From Eukaryota sp. GEM-RC1 (Eukaryota): 64,000 nt of DNA. A program made the position numbers and the translations under genes. Where the stretch lies: NCBI GenBank assembly GCA_040285855.1, contig JAUFOQ010000016.1:2976001-3040000 (forward strand). Reading direction: 5' to 3'. The notes beneath the pieces were generated by a model that was not told the origin of the DNA, made no database searches, and saw only the letters and a list, made by a program, of their open reading frames with translations. Positions 39,195 to 52,875 of this stretch are shown here, piece after piece. Positions within the stretch are counted from its first letter, which is position 1. Every line of letters starts with the position of its first letter.

Positions 39195-39380
39195 AACTAA
39201 TATTTAACATCATCAAAACAACACCCGTCGCTATCAAATCTTACAACAGCTTTGTCTTCATAAAGGAACTCACAGCTAGTAAAGCTGTGGACATGATTAG
39301 GGGAATTGTTTTATCAACAGTAAAAACGATACGATTCAACAATAACATATGATCAAAACGTTTGTTCATCTTATACAGCA
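39195..39380 (-). mobile_element. 3' end of family A non-LTR element
   Basis: Minus strand LNRIVFTVDKTIP...YEDKA...CCFDDVKY*. Confidence 0.7.
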
Positions 39381-39490
39381 TAAAACGAGTATAGAAACGA
39401 TCACAATTTTACATCACAAATGTACGTGCTGTGAAATTGAATTTAACAACAATCTCTTCATACAAAATTAGTGATTTCCATGATCAAAAC

Positions 39491-39983
39491 CAATGTGCGC
39501 AAATCTTTGGTACGTACCGTACGTACCTATTTATTTTATCCGTACCGTTGTCATTTGATTTTATTAAATGCCCTGTTTACGAATGGTCTAAATGTATTTA
39601 CAAACACCATTTTTGGAGTGGAGATTCATTGCCTCGTCAAACACTGTACTAATACAATTTGCTTCTGCAGTGCGCTGAATGACATGTCTATTCTGCACTT
39701 CTGAGATTTGTATATACCTTTGTCACTTTGGGACAGTTGCGGTCAGCAAATGATGTACCCTAAATTTGAATAAGTGTGACAATCGTGATCTTAATATCAT
39801 GAGCTTTGTGTAACGGCACAATGTATGACGATGGTAACTCTTAATATGTCACAGTGGATTATCATGTTCAAATTAGTAATAATATATTTTAGTCACCCAA
39901 AGTACAGTACCGGTACATGTACCGTAGGTCCGTACGTACGGTACGCCTAAAATCGCTGAGGTACGGAACATTTGCGTTCCATG
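39491..39983. mobile_element. putative MITE with GTAC(G) subterminal repeats
   Basis: Imperfect TIR CAATGTGCGCAAAT / ATTTGCGTTCCATG; flanking ATCAAAAC direct repeat (extendable to 15 bp); GTACGTAC clusters at both ends. Confidence 0.65.
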
Positions 39984-40141
39984 ATCAAAACACATTATGT
40001 TTCCGGAAAATATATTAATAATCCACAATTTTCCACACTGTTCTTGATCTAGGTGACAAAAATGAAGTGGGGGAGATTGCACACAAATCAAAACAACAAG
40101 AACTAATCAGAAGGAATTTATTCACTGAAATAAACATAAAC

Positions 40142-40395
40142 TCGCCCAAACAACAGAAAGAACTAGGGTGAGTGTTTGAAAAATCAACAGTGAAGGAACA
40201 ATAAGTGCTCTTCAAGAAGTTGAAGCAACAAAGTCTAGCCCACCAGTAGCGCACTGAAGCAACATTGAGCATTAGTGTGACTCTAGATAAGGAGGGCAAC
40301 AAAGTTAAAACAAGACATACGGAAAGGTGTGAGGAAAGTTAGGAGAAAACAATTTTTTCTATTTCTTTGCTGATGACGTTTACTTTTGATCCTTT
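40142..40395. repeat. dispersed repeat of about 255 bp, copy 1
   Basis: Near identical to 47596-47851. Confidence 0.95.
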
Positions 40396-40689
40396 CCATC
40401 AGAATGACATCTCATAGGTGGCCAAGAGAAACGACGTATTAAATCGAATAACTCATCCTGAACGCTAACTACTTTTGTTGCTGTCATACCAGATACGCTT
40501 CATTTGGTCTGCAAATCTGTGTTCAAGTATTTGTTGAGGTAAATGTTCATCGGTACTAGAACCAGGTTTGGACGACACACAGATCTTCACAACGCATTAC
40601 GTTAAGAAAAACGCTTATTATTTACATAAACAACAAAGAATTCCATCATGATTGAAAATTGAACCACCAACAACTCCACATCATCTCAG

Positions 40690-40904
40690 TATCTGTTTTT
40701 TGGAGACTTATAGTTTTCTAGAACATTAACAGATATCACATTAACATAAATTGAATTGTATGGATCAACTAAAGTAAAGTCCGTCAATATATTTTGAGAG
40801 GGGAACCAATCGAAAATCAAATCACCTCTGTTGTTATCGTTCATATTTGAAGCAGACAAAGTGTTCAAAATCGGTTCGAAGTTCTGAAAACCACTGCTAT
40901 TTCT
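40690..40904 (-). mobile_element. RLE endonuclease fragment of a further non-LTR family
   Basis: FEPIL...RGDLIFDW...LTDFTLVDP (PD-(D/E)xK-like). Confidence 0.6.
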
Positions 40905-41490
40905 GTGCACGATCAGCTACATGCCATGTGCAAATCTTACAAAATTGAATCTTTCATTGAACCTTTGCTAAGATCTCTTGACATCAATCAACATTCCAAA
41001 AAAGAAAATTCTTATGGGCAAAGACGTGCTGATTTGATTGTACCTTCATCTTCTGAATCTCTGACAGTTATCGATGTCGTTTCAGTGGATGTGTGCAAAA
41101 AAAGTTGTAACAAGTTTGTTACAAAGGAAATCTCACCTTTAGACATTGCTGAAAATAACAAGCAAAGAAAGTGTGCTGATCCTTTGAAAGACCTGGAAAC
41201 ACATTGTCCATGTTGAATATTCACTTGTCCCATTTGCGATTTCCATATATGGTAGATTAGGCAAATTGGCTTTGAAGTTCCTTGATGAATTTGCAAAGGT
41301 TGTAGCTCGTAGAACTAACAAAATATTTGATCGTTCTTTTGGCAGAACCGAATTGTCTTTACGATTCTAAAGGCAGTTCCACAATGATTTTAAAAGCTTT
41401 GTTATCCCTAAGTGTGTTTTATGAAGACAAAGCTTCAACAAGGTTCGATTCGAAGGAATCTTGTTTTGATGACATTGAGTATTAGATCAT
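40905..41490 (+). mobile_element. RLE endonuclease domain and 3' end of family A non-LTR retrotransposon (degenerate)
   Basis: HDQL..MCKS..IEP..RRADL..VIDV..AENNKQRK..PFAISIYGRLGKLALKFL..WQNRIVF..CFDDIEY*. Confidence 0.85.
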
Positions 41491-42476
41491 CTTTTTTCTA
41501 TTTTCGAATACATGTATATATCCAAAAAAGCTGCTATTATTAGTCACTTCTAAACATTGATCACGTAGTATGTTTTGAATGATTGATTTTAAATGAGTAG
41601 ACGTATACACATAAATGTGAAATACAAAATGCACGTTTTTTTGTATTTTGTATTTGTTTTTTAGGGTTGCACAGGACGTCTTGTACGTCTACGTCCGTCT
41701 TGAGACGGTGACTTCAGATAGAGAGACGTTTCCGTCAGTTGAATATTGTTGTGACTATTTTCCGCCTGTTCAGAGAATTATCAACATCTACAGTGTAACA
41801 ACCAAATACTACAGTTAATGTTAATTAACCAGGAATTTGCTGTGTCAGTAGTGTCATAGATTATAGTTGTTTGTCCTTTTCATATATAAACTGAATACCA
41901 TGTCAAAACATCTAAGAAAAGTGGCCAAAACAAAGGAACACTATAACTGAAGTCAATGACTGGATTCAGACACTGTTCAGTCCTCACAAGGAGTCATGCC
42001 GTCTTCATCAACACATACTTGGTCTTCATCAATTCCTGACCACAGGATTCACTTCAGAAGCAATGTTATAGTAAAATGACCAAGCTATAATTATTAGATG
42101 AAACTTTGGTCGAGATGAAAATAAAGAAATGAAAAGGGATGAGAACAAGGTACGTCTGCATGTTTTCACGTATTGGAACGTTGTAGAACCGGACGCGTAT
42201 TAATACGTATGATGACGTGTCAAGGTGACGTATTGACAACGGTATTGTGCAACATGTTAAATCAAAGCCCCGACTTTTATTCGTGTTTTGAGTTTTCATT
42301 ATATTGGTATATTCAACCTCGAAACCACGTATATCACGGATTCTCCTTACAAAATATGTGGTTTGTTAAGAACAAGATTCAGAAGAAGACGATTTGGAGT
42401 AGATGGAAGATGTAGGTGATGCGTTGTATTTGGCATGTATTTTGCTTCAAGCTGGATGAAAAAGGGATATTATAAC

Positions 42477-43455
42477 CAGGGGTACTCAAAATTGAATTGC
42501 CAATTCAGTTATTGCCAATCAATTAATTGCAATACTAATTGGTCGATCGTCATACCCCACCAATTAATTGGCAATTAATTGACCAATTAACAAATTATTA
42601 GTCTAATCAGTACATTAGCCGATTCAGAAGAAGTGAAATCCTTTTTGGTTTATGTATTTCAAATAACAAATTTATATAGCAATAACAAGACTCCACCAAC
42701 ATAACTGAAATGGTTAAAGTGTCGAACAATGGCCCTGCACAGCAATGCTGTCAATGTTGATAATGGTGAGACAGACGGAAAGCGATCGATTTCTGCCAAC
42801 AGACATTCTCTTAAAGATAATCAAAGCGGGGTACAAAATGCCGTTGTTGTGGGAAGGGGAGTTTTAACGAAGATTGGCGAAGCAAATTTGTATGCGGAAC
42901 ACGATTGTATTCCCTATACTAAAGAATTTAGTATTATAATTTACGATTTTGTTTTGATTCGAATGATCATCTGGAAAAGGCTTAACAACGAAAGTGTTCA
43001 AATTATGCGGATGCTTTGCAGAAGCTTAATGAAAATCTATATTCTAAGTTTTCATTTGTTCCATTTGCCATTTCAATTTTTGGTAATATTGGTCCAGCTG
43101 GTTTAAAGTTTTTCAGTGATTTTAGTCTTTTATGTCGTTCTAATGGCAAGGTGTTTAATAGCGCTGTATGGATTAATCGAATTATGTTCGCTCTTTATAG
43201 AAGCATTCCCAAGTATTTATGTTCCATTTATTCGAAGTTGTATAGGGACAATTCTCGTGTTGATGTGGAGAATTTAACTTCTTTCATTTTCTGAATTAGT
43301 ATGTATTAATTTATTGTTGCAAATAAACTCTTAATAAATTTTGTTTTCATAAACAATAACTGATTAATTGGTCAATTAATTGCACTAATTGCAATATTAA
43401 GTGTTTCCATAATTTGAGAACCAATTAATTGGCAATTCAATTTTGAGTACCCCTG
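42477..43455. mobile_element. non-autonomous hAT element (979 bp) containing an RLE retro fragment at about 42930-43330
   Basis: 29-bp perfect TIR CAGGGGTACTCAAAATTGAATTGCCAATT; TSD ATTATAAC; CAATTAATTG subterminal repeats; internal FVPFAISIFGNIGPAGLKFF. Confidence 0.95.
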
Positions 43456-43727
43456 ATTATAACCAATTTCCCAATAGTTTATAAACAGTGTTTATGTAGG
43501 TTAAACACCTACTGTTTCTCTATATTCCCTAATGAGCTTTTGGATTAGGTCATTAGAAGTCCAACCTGAAGCCACAGTGTAACCGATCAAGATGTTAAAG
43601 AGAACAGTGGTTAGGAGATATTATCCAATAGTTCGAAATCAATTATCATCAAATTGTTGAACAGCTCGTAATCAACAGTGAAAGATTTCATAATTTTATA
43701 TTGGAAACATATATAAAGCACAAAAAT

Positions 43728-46329
43728 CTACATGAAATACAAACCAGTTTGAAGATGTTTTTGACATCCATACCTGTTTCAGGATCTTCCGAATATTGAC
43801 AGATCAACTTTGCCAATTGTTGAGAATATCGAACAGGGGCGGTAACTTTAGTAGTACCGGTAAAATTGTAATACAATGCAGAAGTAGTAAATAACATTTC
43901 AAACAGACTCTGTTGGTCAACCATATCCATCTTGAAATCATTATGCAAAATGTTATATCTAACAGGCCGAGCAGTAGCTCTGCAGGGCATTGTAACAGAG
44001 AAGAAGTCACCAATAAGAGAACCATTCTCTTCCTTTACACCATCACAAACTCCTTCGGTAATGAAACTTCCAGCAGGAGCATTCCAAGTATTTCCACCAT
44101 CGTTACAGACAAAACGAGTGTTAACACGTTGGTTGACAGAAGCAAAGAAGAAGTTAAAGTCCATTCCCTTGAGGAAATCATTCAACAAATCCCTGATGGG
44201 GACGACTTCATGGCCAACGACGTCACCTTCTTCAGATGAAGAGACACATGCTCTAAAGAAGAAGAATCCCTTAGGAGGATCAATTTGCTTGTATTGATAA
44301 TAAGCCAAAGTCTCCTTCATCATATCAACAACAGGGGTTGTGACATGTTGCTCACCAGGCTGAGCTCTACGCTCGTGATGTTGACGATGACAAGCATAAA
44401 ACAGAAACTTTTCAGGTCTTCTGGGGCAACAAGCCATAGTAACAAGAGCATAAGTAGAGGGTCTTCCCTCACGAGCAACACCTGGGCCAGCAAATGGTCG
44501 TTCAACAGCGAGACCAGAAATAAGGATGACGTTATCATCAAAAATCTTGCTTGGGAGGTCCACTCTCCAGAGTTTGGCTCCAAGTTTACATTCAGCTGCA
44601 AAGAAACAGTTGGAGGTTAAAACTTTACGGAATGCACCAGAGAACTTACGATCGTGCTTTCTTGCGTTAACGTATTGACTAGCAATACCATTGCGGGAAC
44701 AGAAGTTCTTAGCATCACAGTACACATCCTTGTTATCATCCTGGGCAATGATTAAAGCAAATTCGATATCTCCACCACGGAGAATTCGATCCAATTCTTC
44801 ACTGAAGGTACGTGTTCTCACAGGAACCACTTCAATAGGTCTTTCAAAGGCAGCATTACGATCATCAGATTTTTGGAAGTAGTCTCGAGCAACATGTTCA
44901 AACTCTCGAGCCAGATCTTGAGCGAAGTCACGGCAACGATCGTGGTACAAAATAACCCAATACTTGAGTTGTTTAGTATCCTTAATCGACAGATTTACAA
45001 GTTCTCGTTCAAATTTCATGTCTCCTTGTAATCTCTTAGAATGTTGATCAGAGAACTGAACCTCAAAGGGCTCTAGCTGAGTGTTTCTAACAGTCAGTAA
45101 GTCTTTAGAAACTCTGATACCGAATTCCTCAAGGACTTTTGTAGCTGTGACACCCTCTTCCTTTCTAGGAGTATCTAATTTCTGAACAAAATCTGCTACA
45201 TGCTTGGCAAATACTTCAGGAGTAACGGATGCTTCACGGGTAACAACATCACGTAATCGGTTAGGAAGTTCAGAAACGAAGGCAAGTTGAGGGGGGTAAA
45301 GAGCGGGTCTTCTACCACCACGTTTAGCACGTTCCTGCAACATTGGCTGACCATCTTCAAGATCAACATTATACTTGGACTTGAAGTATTGCTTGAAGGT
45401 TTGTGAATCTTCCTTCTTGATGTCAAGCTTCGAATTAGGAGTGATATTGAAGAGAACACGGTCTACAACAGTGGTGAACTTGTTATGCTCCAAGAGAATA
45501 GACTTACCTCTAAACATTTTTGACAGAGATGGCTTGGCTGCATCAACTCCACCTTTGGCGGAAATTTGTTCGTTGATTAACTTCAGAACGTTCTCTCGGC
45601 CAAATGGCTTGTGACGGATATCAACAAGAAGGATCCATTGGCCGCCAGGGAGGAATTGGAAGTTAACACGGTAACCTCGGAAAAGAGTGAGATCGCTCAT
45701 CTTCTGGTGTTGGAGAGGACTGTTGGTATCGAAGAAGGAACCTTCAAAGTCTTTGAGATTAGTACCAACCATTAAAGCTCGTCTTAGAAGCACATTCAAA
45801 GCCATTTCCGCAACCTTAGCATTCTTGGGATCGAGAGAATCAAAGTCTATGGGAGTCCCCTGAAGAACAGGTATGGTGAAGGTTTTTTCATCACGACGGA
45901 TACGTTCTGTAACCTCGATTTCACCAACAAGTGCGGGCTCTTCGGTTCCACAGTAGAAAGATTGACCATCGAAGTGGATGGAACGAGGAATGGTGACCTT
46001 ACCTTCGACTGTGAAAGCGTTTCTTAGAATCTTGGTGGCAATTCGTTGACGGCTGTCAGGATTTCGTAACTCATCGGGGAAAACGATATCGTACTGATAA
46101 ACGACAGTACCAGGGGCAACGTCTACTTTAAAGCAATTTGAAACAAGTTCAGTGGCCTAAAGTCAGTACATCGTAAAGCATGAGGGCAAACTCTTAAGTT
46201 CATAGGAGGTCTGGGTCCTCCTCCACCGCGTCCGCGTCCGCCTCCACGGCCTCGATCTCCTCCACGTCCTCTAAACCCACCTCGATCTCCACCACGTCCT
46301 CGAAAATCACCACGATCTCTGTAAGACAT
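43728..46329 (-). CDS. Argonaute/Piwi protein (RGG-N-PAZ-MID-PIWI, about 855 aa); intron 46157-46191; frame break at 43758-43762
   Basis: LVSNCFKV..YQYDI, TFKQYFKSKYNVDLEDGQPML (PAZ), YCDAK..GIASQ..KLG (MID), TRF..NAPAG..DFF..ATARPVRY..YYN (PIWI); one added A gives C-terminus KHLQTGLYFM*. Confidence 0.93.
46157..46191 (-). other. 35-nt intron
   Basis: GTTTGC...ACTGACTTTAG; joins the RGG exon in frame to Argonaute. Confidence 0.9.
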
Positions 46330-46603
46330 TTAGAATAACCTTTGTTAGAAGCTGGCAAATTATGGAATTCATGTTCCTCAAAATAAATTACATGTCCAAT
46401 CATTGAATGACATCTCCATGATCATGGGTCCTGTAGTTCTGGTAACGACAGACTGCGTCTCGTCCAGGAACATTAAATAAAACATGCCATATATCGGTAT
46501 AGCTAATGGAAATTCAGTGATGTACAATTTGGCACCAATTCTATTTATTTCAGTCAAAAGCTGACAGATTTGACAAGGAGACAAAGCAAGTGTATCACAC
46601 ATA

Positions 46604-47150
<547 letters not shown>

Positions 47151-47595
47151 GATGAAGGAAGAAAAGGAATTTGCATGTTTTGAACCTTCATGTGGACTAC
47201 TACTAGTACAGTACTGTACCTCTAGCTGATAACTAGCAATTCTATCATATCTACCCTTGTACTCGTTTAGAAAGCATTTGCTGATCTGTAGTTGTTATTC
47301 CTGTAATATACACTCATTAACACTTATATTCGATATTTCTTTGGTTATATTCTAGACTGTTCAGCGAACTTGACATCCATTGTTGAAAATTCATGTGATT
47401 CACGACATCGAAAACTATCGAGGTTTCTTCTTTACCATACACATAAAAGCAATGCAAAAGTCATTCTAGATGAAGTTCTGAACAAAATGTAGGAACACAG
47501 CAATTAACTAACTAGAAAACAAACAAATCTGAGTGAAAAAGTCAATGATCAGACATTATTTATTCATATCAAACTATACAAAAACTGATGGCTAG

Positions 47596-47851
47596 TCGCC
47601 AAAACAAACAGGAAGAACTAGGGTGAGTGTTTGAAAAATCAACAGTGAAGGAACAATAAGTGCTCTTCAAGAAGTTGAAGCAACAAAGTCTAGCCCACCA
47701 GTAGCGCACTGAAGCAACATTGAGCATTAGTGTGACTCTAGATAAGGAGGGCAACAAAGAGAAAACAAGACATACGGAAAGGTGTGAGGAAAGTTAGGAG
47801 AAAACAATCTTTTTCTATTTCTTTGCTGATGACGTTTCCTTTTGACCCTTT
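47596..47851. repeat. dispersed repeat of about 255 bp, copy 2
   Basis: Near identical to 40142-40395. Confidence 0.95.
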
Positions 47852-48459
47852 AGACAATCAATTTTTCACCTTCACTTTCTGAATCCCTTTGTTAATATTG
47901 ATGATGATCTTGATTTGTATGATTAAATAAATGGCGTTTTTCCTGAATCTGAGATGGAATTGGTTTTTGTTTCCGTCTGATAATTTGATTACGTGCAATT
48001 TTCAACAGGTGAATAGCAACATTAAGCTTTATTGAATACAAGGATCGTCAGCAAGCATATATTTAAGGCAAATGTTCATTACACTAATGGAGAAGACTGT
48101 AATAACTTTTAAGCAAAACCCGCTTTCCGTGTGAATCAAACAATGCTCGCAGATGATACAGAAAGAATTCATAACATCAATTTATAACTAACACACAATT
48201 CTTAAGAAAGACAAACGAGAGTAACATACACCTTATCAAACACATCTATATCCGTTACTGTTCAAAAATTCGGCTGCAAAAGCGACGAAAAGCTCAAGTT
48301 CTTGGTCTTGATAAAACTAAATGTGCAATATTACTGAAATACTTTCTTTGCAAATGACACGTATTAATCTTCACTAATGAAAAGACCAAAGACAGATGAA
48401 ATATACAATTTTAGACAATAAACTGAAACACAATAAACTCAATAAAGAAAAACTATTCG

Positions 48460-49646
48460 TCAGTTAATTTTTAAAAATTTCACTAGAAACGAGCTTGAAT
48501 TAGAACCACAAAACAATCCCAAATTCAGACAAACAGTTAGCAAAGTCCCCGCCTTGTTAGGATCACAATTGTTCTTAGCCACGGATTCAGATCCTAATAC
48601 CATTGAAGTAGTTGAGGCATAACCATTAGTAAAAGAAAAGGCTAACATAATCAAAAGAGGCGATAACCAATCAGAAAAGATTGAAAAAGGAGGGAAACAC
48701 ATGGCAAAAAGCATTACAAAAACAACTCTAGAAATAGAAAAGATTATGTAAAAAATGATATTCTTTAAAGGAAGTTTTGAAGGAAGAGACCTTCCAATGA
48801 AGTCACCCACCATAAATAAATTGGACATTACAACTATGTACCAGCCAGTCACGTCATCAACGAAAGGACCAGAATTACGACCAATTTTGGCAGTTAAACC
48901 AGGGAATAAAGCCAGGGTAATAGTGAAAGTGAAGAAGACGAGAAATCCGTCTCTTTTGATTGCATTAATACAGCTCAAAAACGACGTGTTTTGCTCCTTT
49001 GTAAGCGAGTCTAACAAGGGTTCCTCATCTTTTTTCGAGTTCTTGTATTTCTTGAATTGTTCAGACTTGATCATTACAATATAGGAAACTATACAGGCAA
49101 AGGACAGTAGTCCGCAAGTGACAAAGTATATAAATGAAGAGAGAAGAACTTTCTTCATAAAAAAAAGCTTTGGTTAGTATTCGAATTGCACCCGCAAGGA
49201 GGCCAATGTAGCCGTTCCCTACCATTACAGCTTGGGAAGCAGTGGAGGAGATACTGATGGCAAGGGAAAAGATTAGGGCCGAGAGGACTCCGTTGCCCAT
49301 TCCAGCAACAAAAGAAGAAGCTAAAATGAGCTTGAATTCGAGATCAGTGGAAATGTTGAGGACATGGAGGATTGGTACAGCTGCAAGGGCAGACAACATA
49401 TAGGGAGAAGCAAAATATGATCATGAAATCTCGGGGAAGTTTACGTCCGATAAAGATCATTAACAGCATGAAACAGAGGTTGGCACGTTGATTATATGCA
49501 GGAATAAGTTCTGACAGTTCTGGGTGTCCGAGAAATTCCCAATAATCGTTAGCATTTACATAAGCATTGAAGGGTGAAAGAAGCCCCAGTCCTAACACAA
49601 CAAAAGTGAAGTAGATGAGCGGAGAAGGAGAAGCCGGAGAAGCCAT
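48460..49646 (-). CDS. equilibrative nucleoside transporter (SLC29); frame breaks near 49403 and 49159-49166
   Basis: LGLGLLSPFNAYVNANDYW, QAVMVGNG, FTITLALFPG, FMVGDFIGR, FSFTNGY, LGLFCGS. Confidence 0.9.
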
Positions 49647-49651
49647 GTAAT

Positions 49652-50822
49652 TAGGGCTGTAAATGGGAGATGGGAGTTTCTCCCACTCCCAACACGTGTT
49701 CTCCCACTACCACTCCCACCTCCCACTTGTCATAGGTGAGACTCCCACTCCCACTCCCACTCCCAACAAATTCTCCCAACTCCCACCCAACTCCCATTTT
49801 TGTATCTTCTAGTACAATGACACTTTACTTTATAAACATAACAATCACTAACTCTATCTCTGATTCATGAACAACTCTCTCATCTCCCGACCTTTGAACC
49901 ATGATTTCAAACAAAGGACTACTTCAATAGAATCACTACTCAAGGAAGCTCGTAACTTCGTAACAGCACACCCTGCCTGAGAAAATAACTGTTCACTTGG
50001 AACTGATGAGGCTTGTGTTGTCATAAAGTTCTTAGCATACAATGTATGCGGATAGTCGTGAATACCTGTTGAAACACAACACATTTTGTATTTTAAACCA
50101 AATTCAGTAATAATTTCTTCCACAGCATCGGCAATGTTGATGGCAGTGTGGTTTTCTTTCAAGTGCTTAAAACCGTGGACGTACATTGTAAATGTTTAAA
50201 TTCCAGTCTTCAATACAGTGAACTGTTACCCCATTAAAATGCTTGTTTGTATTCGATGTCCATCTATCAATCCTAATAGATACTTTAGAAGAATTACACA
50301 CATTTTTGAATTTATCTATCAAGTATCCTTTAAATGACTCATAAACATTCAACATATCATTTCTTATCGTGGTTCTTTTTGGAATTTTGAAACTGAAAGA
50401 GAGGAAACAAATTCAATAAAATCAGGATGTTTAAACAGACCAGAGTTTTCAGGATCTTCAGATAAATCAAGCGATGACATTGGTTGAAATTTACAGATAA
50501 ACAACCACGCTCTTTATAAAACGAAAATAAATAAAACAAAACAAAGACAGTAAAAATGTAATACACCTAGTCCTATTAATATTCTAGAAAAATTATAACT
50601 GTATTTGTCTAGCTAGCTTGTTTCTGTTTTAAATTGAAGTTAGAGTTGTGTCTGTAAATGGGAGATGGGAGATTTTGAGAGTTCCCACCTCCCAACGGAG
50701 AGCTCCCACTCCCACTCCCACTCCCAAAAATTGCTACTGAAGCTCCCACTCCCACTCCCAAGGGTCATGGGAGATGGGAGTTGGGTGGGAGTTGGGAGAA
50801 ATGGGAGAAATTGACAGCCCTA
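49652..50822 (-). mobile_element. deleted hAT transposon (1171 bp) with transposase remnants
   Basis: TIR TAGGGCTGT(A/C)AAT; TSD CATGTAAT; CTCCCA subterminal arrays; IDRWTS..VTVH, HTAINI, ASSVPSEQLFSQAG..LCLKSW. Confidence 0.95.
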
Positions 50823-50986
50823 CATGTAATAGACTTGACAAAGTGAAATGTATTTCCACGTTTTCCACTTCTGAATTCCATCTGGAAATGGACAGATGTC
50901 ACTATAGAATGAAAATGAAAATCAAAATTCTACAAGATACTAGTAATGGTAATTGCAGTCAGGTGGTATTGTGTGTGTCACTATAG

Positions 50987-51499
50987 CAGTGTTCGAAGAC
51001 ACGCGTGGACACGTTCGGACACGCAGACACGTTTGGACACGGACACGGTGTCTTTTCAAAAACACGCAAAAAGACACGCAAAAAGACACCGCGTGTGAAC
51101 GTGTTTTTCTGCAAAAAACCTAGAAAACTTCGAAAGTACCCTTTTATTTCCCTCGGTATTGTTCGACTTGAATGCTTTTCTATATGCTATACCACAGTAG
51201 ACTACAATGCCAACAAAAAGTGGCAAAAATACTGACATGATGCTCTGTCAAACAAACCTAGAACACCAATTCAACTAAACAGAACCACAGAATCCAAGAT
51301 TGAGTGATGGGATGTGAGATAAAAGCAAGAACTGGTCCAAAAGGATGTTTTGATAGTCAAACTCTGCACCATGGATCAGATTTTTTTTCGAAAAAACACG
51401 CAAAAACACCCAAAAGACACATCAAAGACACCGTGTGGACACGCGTCTTAACACCGACACGGTGTCTTTTAAAAAACACGTGGGAAATTTCGAACACTG
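50987..51499. mobile_element. hAT-type MITE (513 bp)
   Basis: TIR CAGTGTTCGAA; TSD CACTATAG; GACACG subterminal repeats. Confidence 0.93.
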
Positions 51500-52084
51500 C
51501 ACTATAGTACGTAAATGACATATATATTTAGGATTTCTTATGCTGGTGGTTCCATTCCATTCTTGATCCAAGATTTAAAGCAAACATTTTGATGATACCA
51601 GAAGGCAGGGCCTACGGAAAAATATTTGTATTTAAATATTTAAAATAAATAATGATATGTAATTTATTTTTTCAAGTTGGGTTTCTCCATTATTTATTTT
51701 ATGAAAACAGAAAATAAAAAATTATTTATATATTTTTTGGTTCTTTCCCTGATTCGTATGCCTCCCAAAGAGATCGCCCTCTTCTACTTTCGGAAAATGA
51801 ATCCCCAGGCAGACGAAGTTCCTGGCAGAAGGCATGTGTTTCCGACAATGTCTTAGGGACTATTTTAAATTAATATATTAAATTAGGGACTTATCAGAGT
51901 AAGATGACTAGATTCGAAACACTAAATCTCTAAATTAGTGTTCAGTTCTTGTGAAAGATTTCTTTTGTCAAAGAGAGTATTATCACCCAAGGTAATGCAA
52001 CGAAAAACCTGTCTGTGAACTAACTCAGTTCGACTCACACAGTTTATGAACTGAATTGAACTTAATGGCATTTCTAGCCCAAAC

Positions 52085-52240
52085 AATACAATTCCTATTA
52101 TGATTTTGAAAGCTCTAAATAGCTCTCGGAATTTTCTGTGAAGAAAAAGCTGATGTGAGTTCTAATGGCAATGAACGTTGCTTTTATAATATTGAGTTCT
52201 AGTTTTTGCACTTATCTTACTGTTTTTGTTCCATAAAGAA
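52085..52240 (+). mobile_element. 3' end of family A non-LTR element
   Basis: Reverse complement of 8160-8310 (GAAGAAAAAGCTGATGTGAGTT...ATATTGAGTTCTAG). Confidence 0.78.
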
Positions 52241-52875
52241 CGTCATTTGTAAATTTTGTAGAATTGATATTTCAACAACAAAAACGCTTAAGAATAAAAC
52301 ACCTCAGAATTAAATTTGGACTTTTATTTACTTTCGCTTTTTTATCATTGAGACAAAAATCCTCCAATCTCAGTCAGATCAGATTCAACACAATGATTTG
52401 CATTAGAATCACCACAAATTACATCTTCGTCTACTTTACAGGAAAAAGATAAATATGATAATAAAAAATTAGCGGTACTGTTAAAAGGACTGTTGTCAAA
52501 TGCACAAACTTTGCACAAATTAAATACAACAAACGACATTAGATAACTCATTTGATAACACTGAATAACCGCCAGAGAACACCCAAAACGGTTTGCTGTC
52601 GTTTCTGACATTGTAAATTTACTGATACAAAATAAGTAACAACTTTTAATAGTAAAGTGTATAACGAGCGAAATCCTCGGCTACAAAGCAACATTCCTAA
52701 CCGTTTGTAAGCGTCCATAACCAAACAAAAATCAGCAATCAATCTTATCCATTACTCGTAAGCCACTTTAACTGAAAATCAATCAAAATTGAGGTATCTA
52801 TAAGATATCTCAAATGATATCTGCTAACCTTGAACAAAACGATAGGACAAACAACAAGCACAATCTTGAAACAAT

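Noticed and set aside
40365..40440. CTGATGA...GAAA hammerhead-like words
   Set aside because: Required stems could not be formed
43567..43744. Possible 3' intron in Argonaute starting GTTTGT
   Set aside because: A single added A gives a typical LYFM* terminus; the spliced alternative does not
52380..52800. ICGDSNANH on the minus strand, APE-endonuclease-like
   Set aside because: A single degenerate motif without other support
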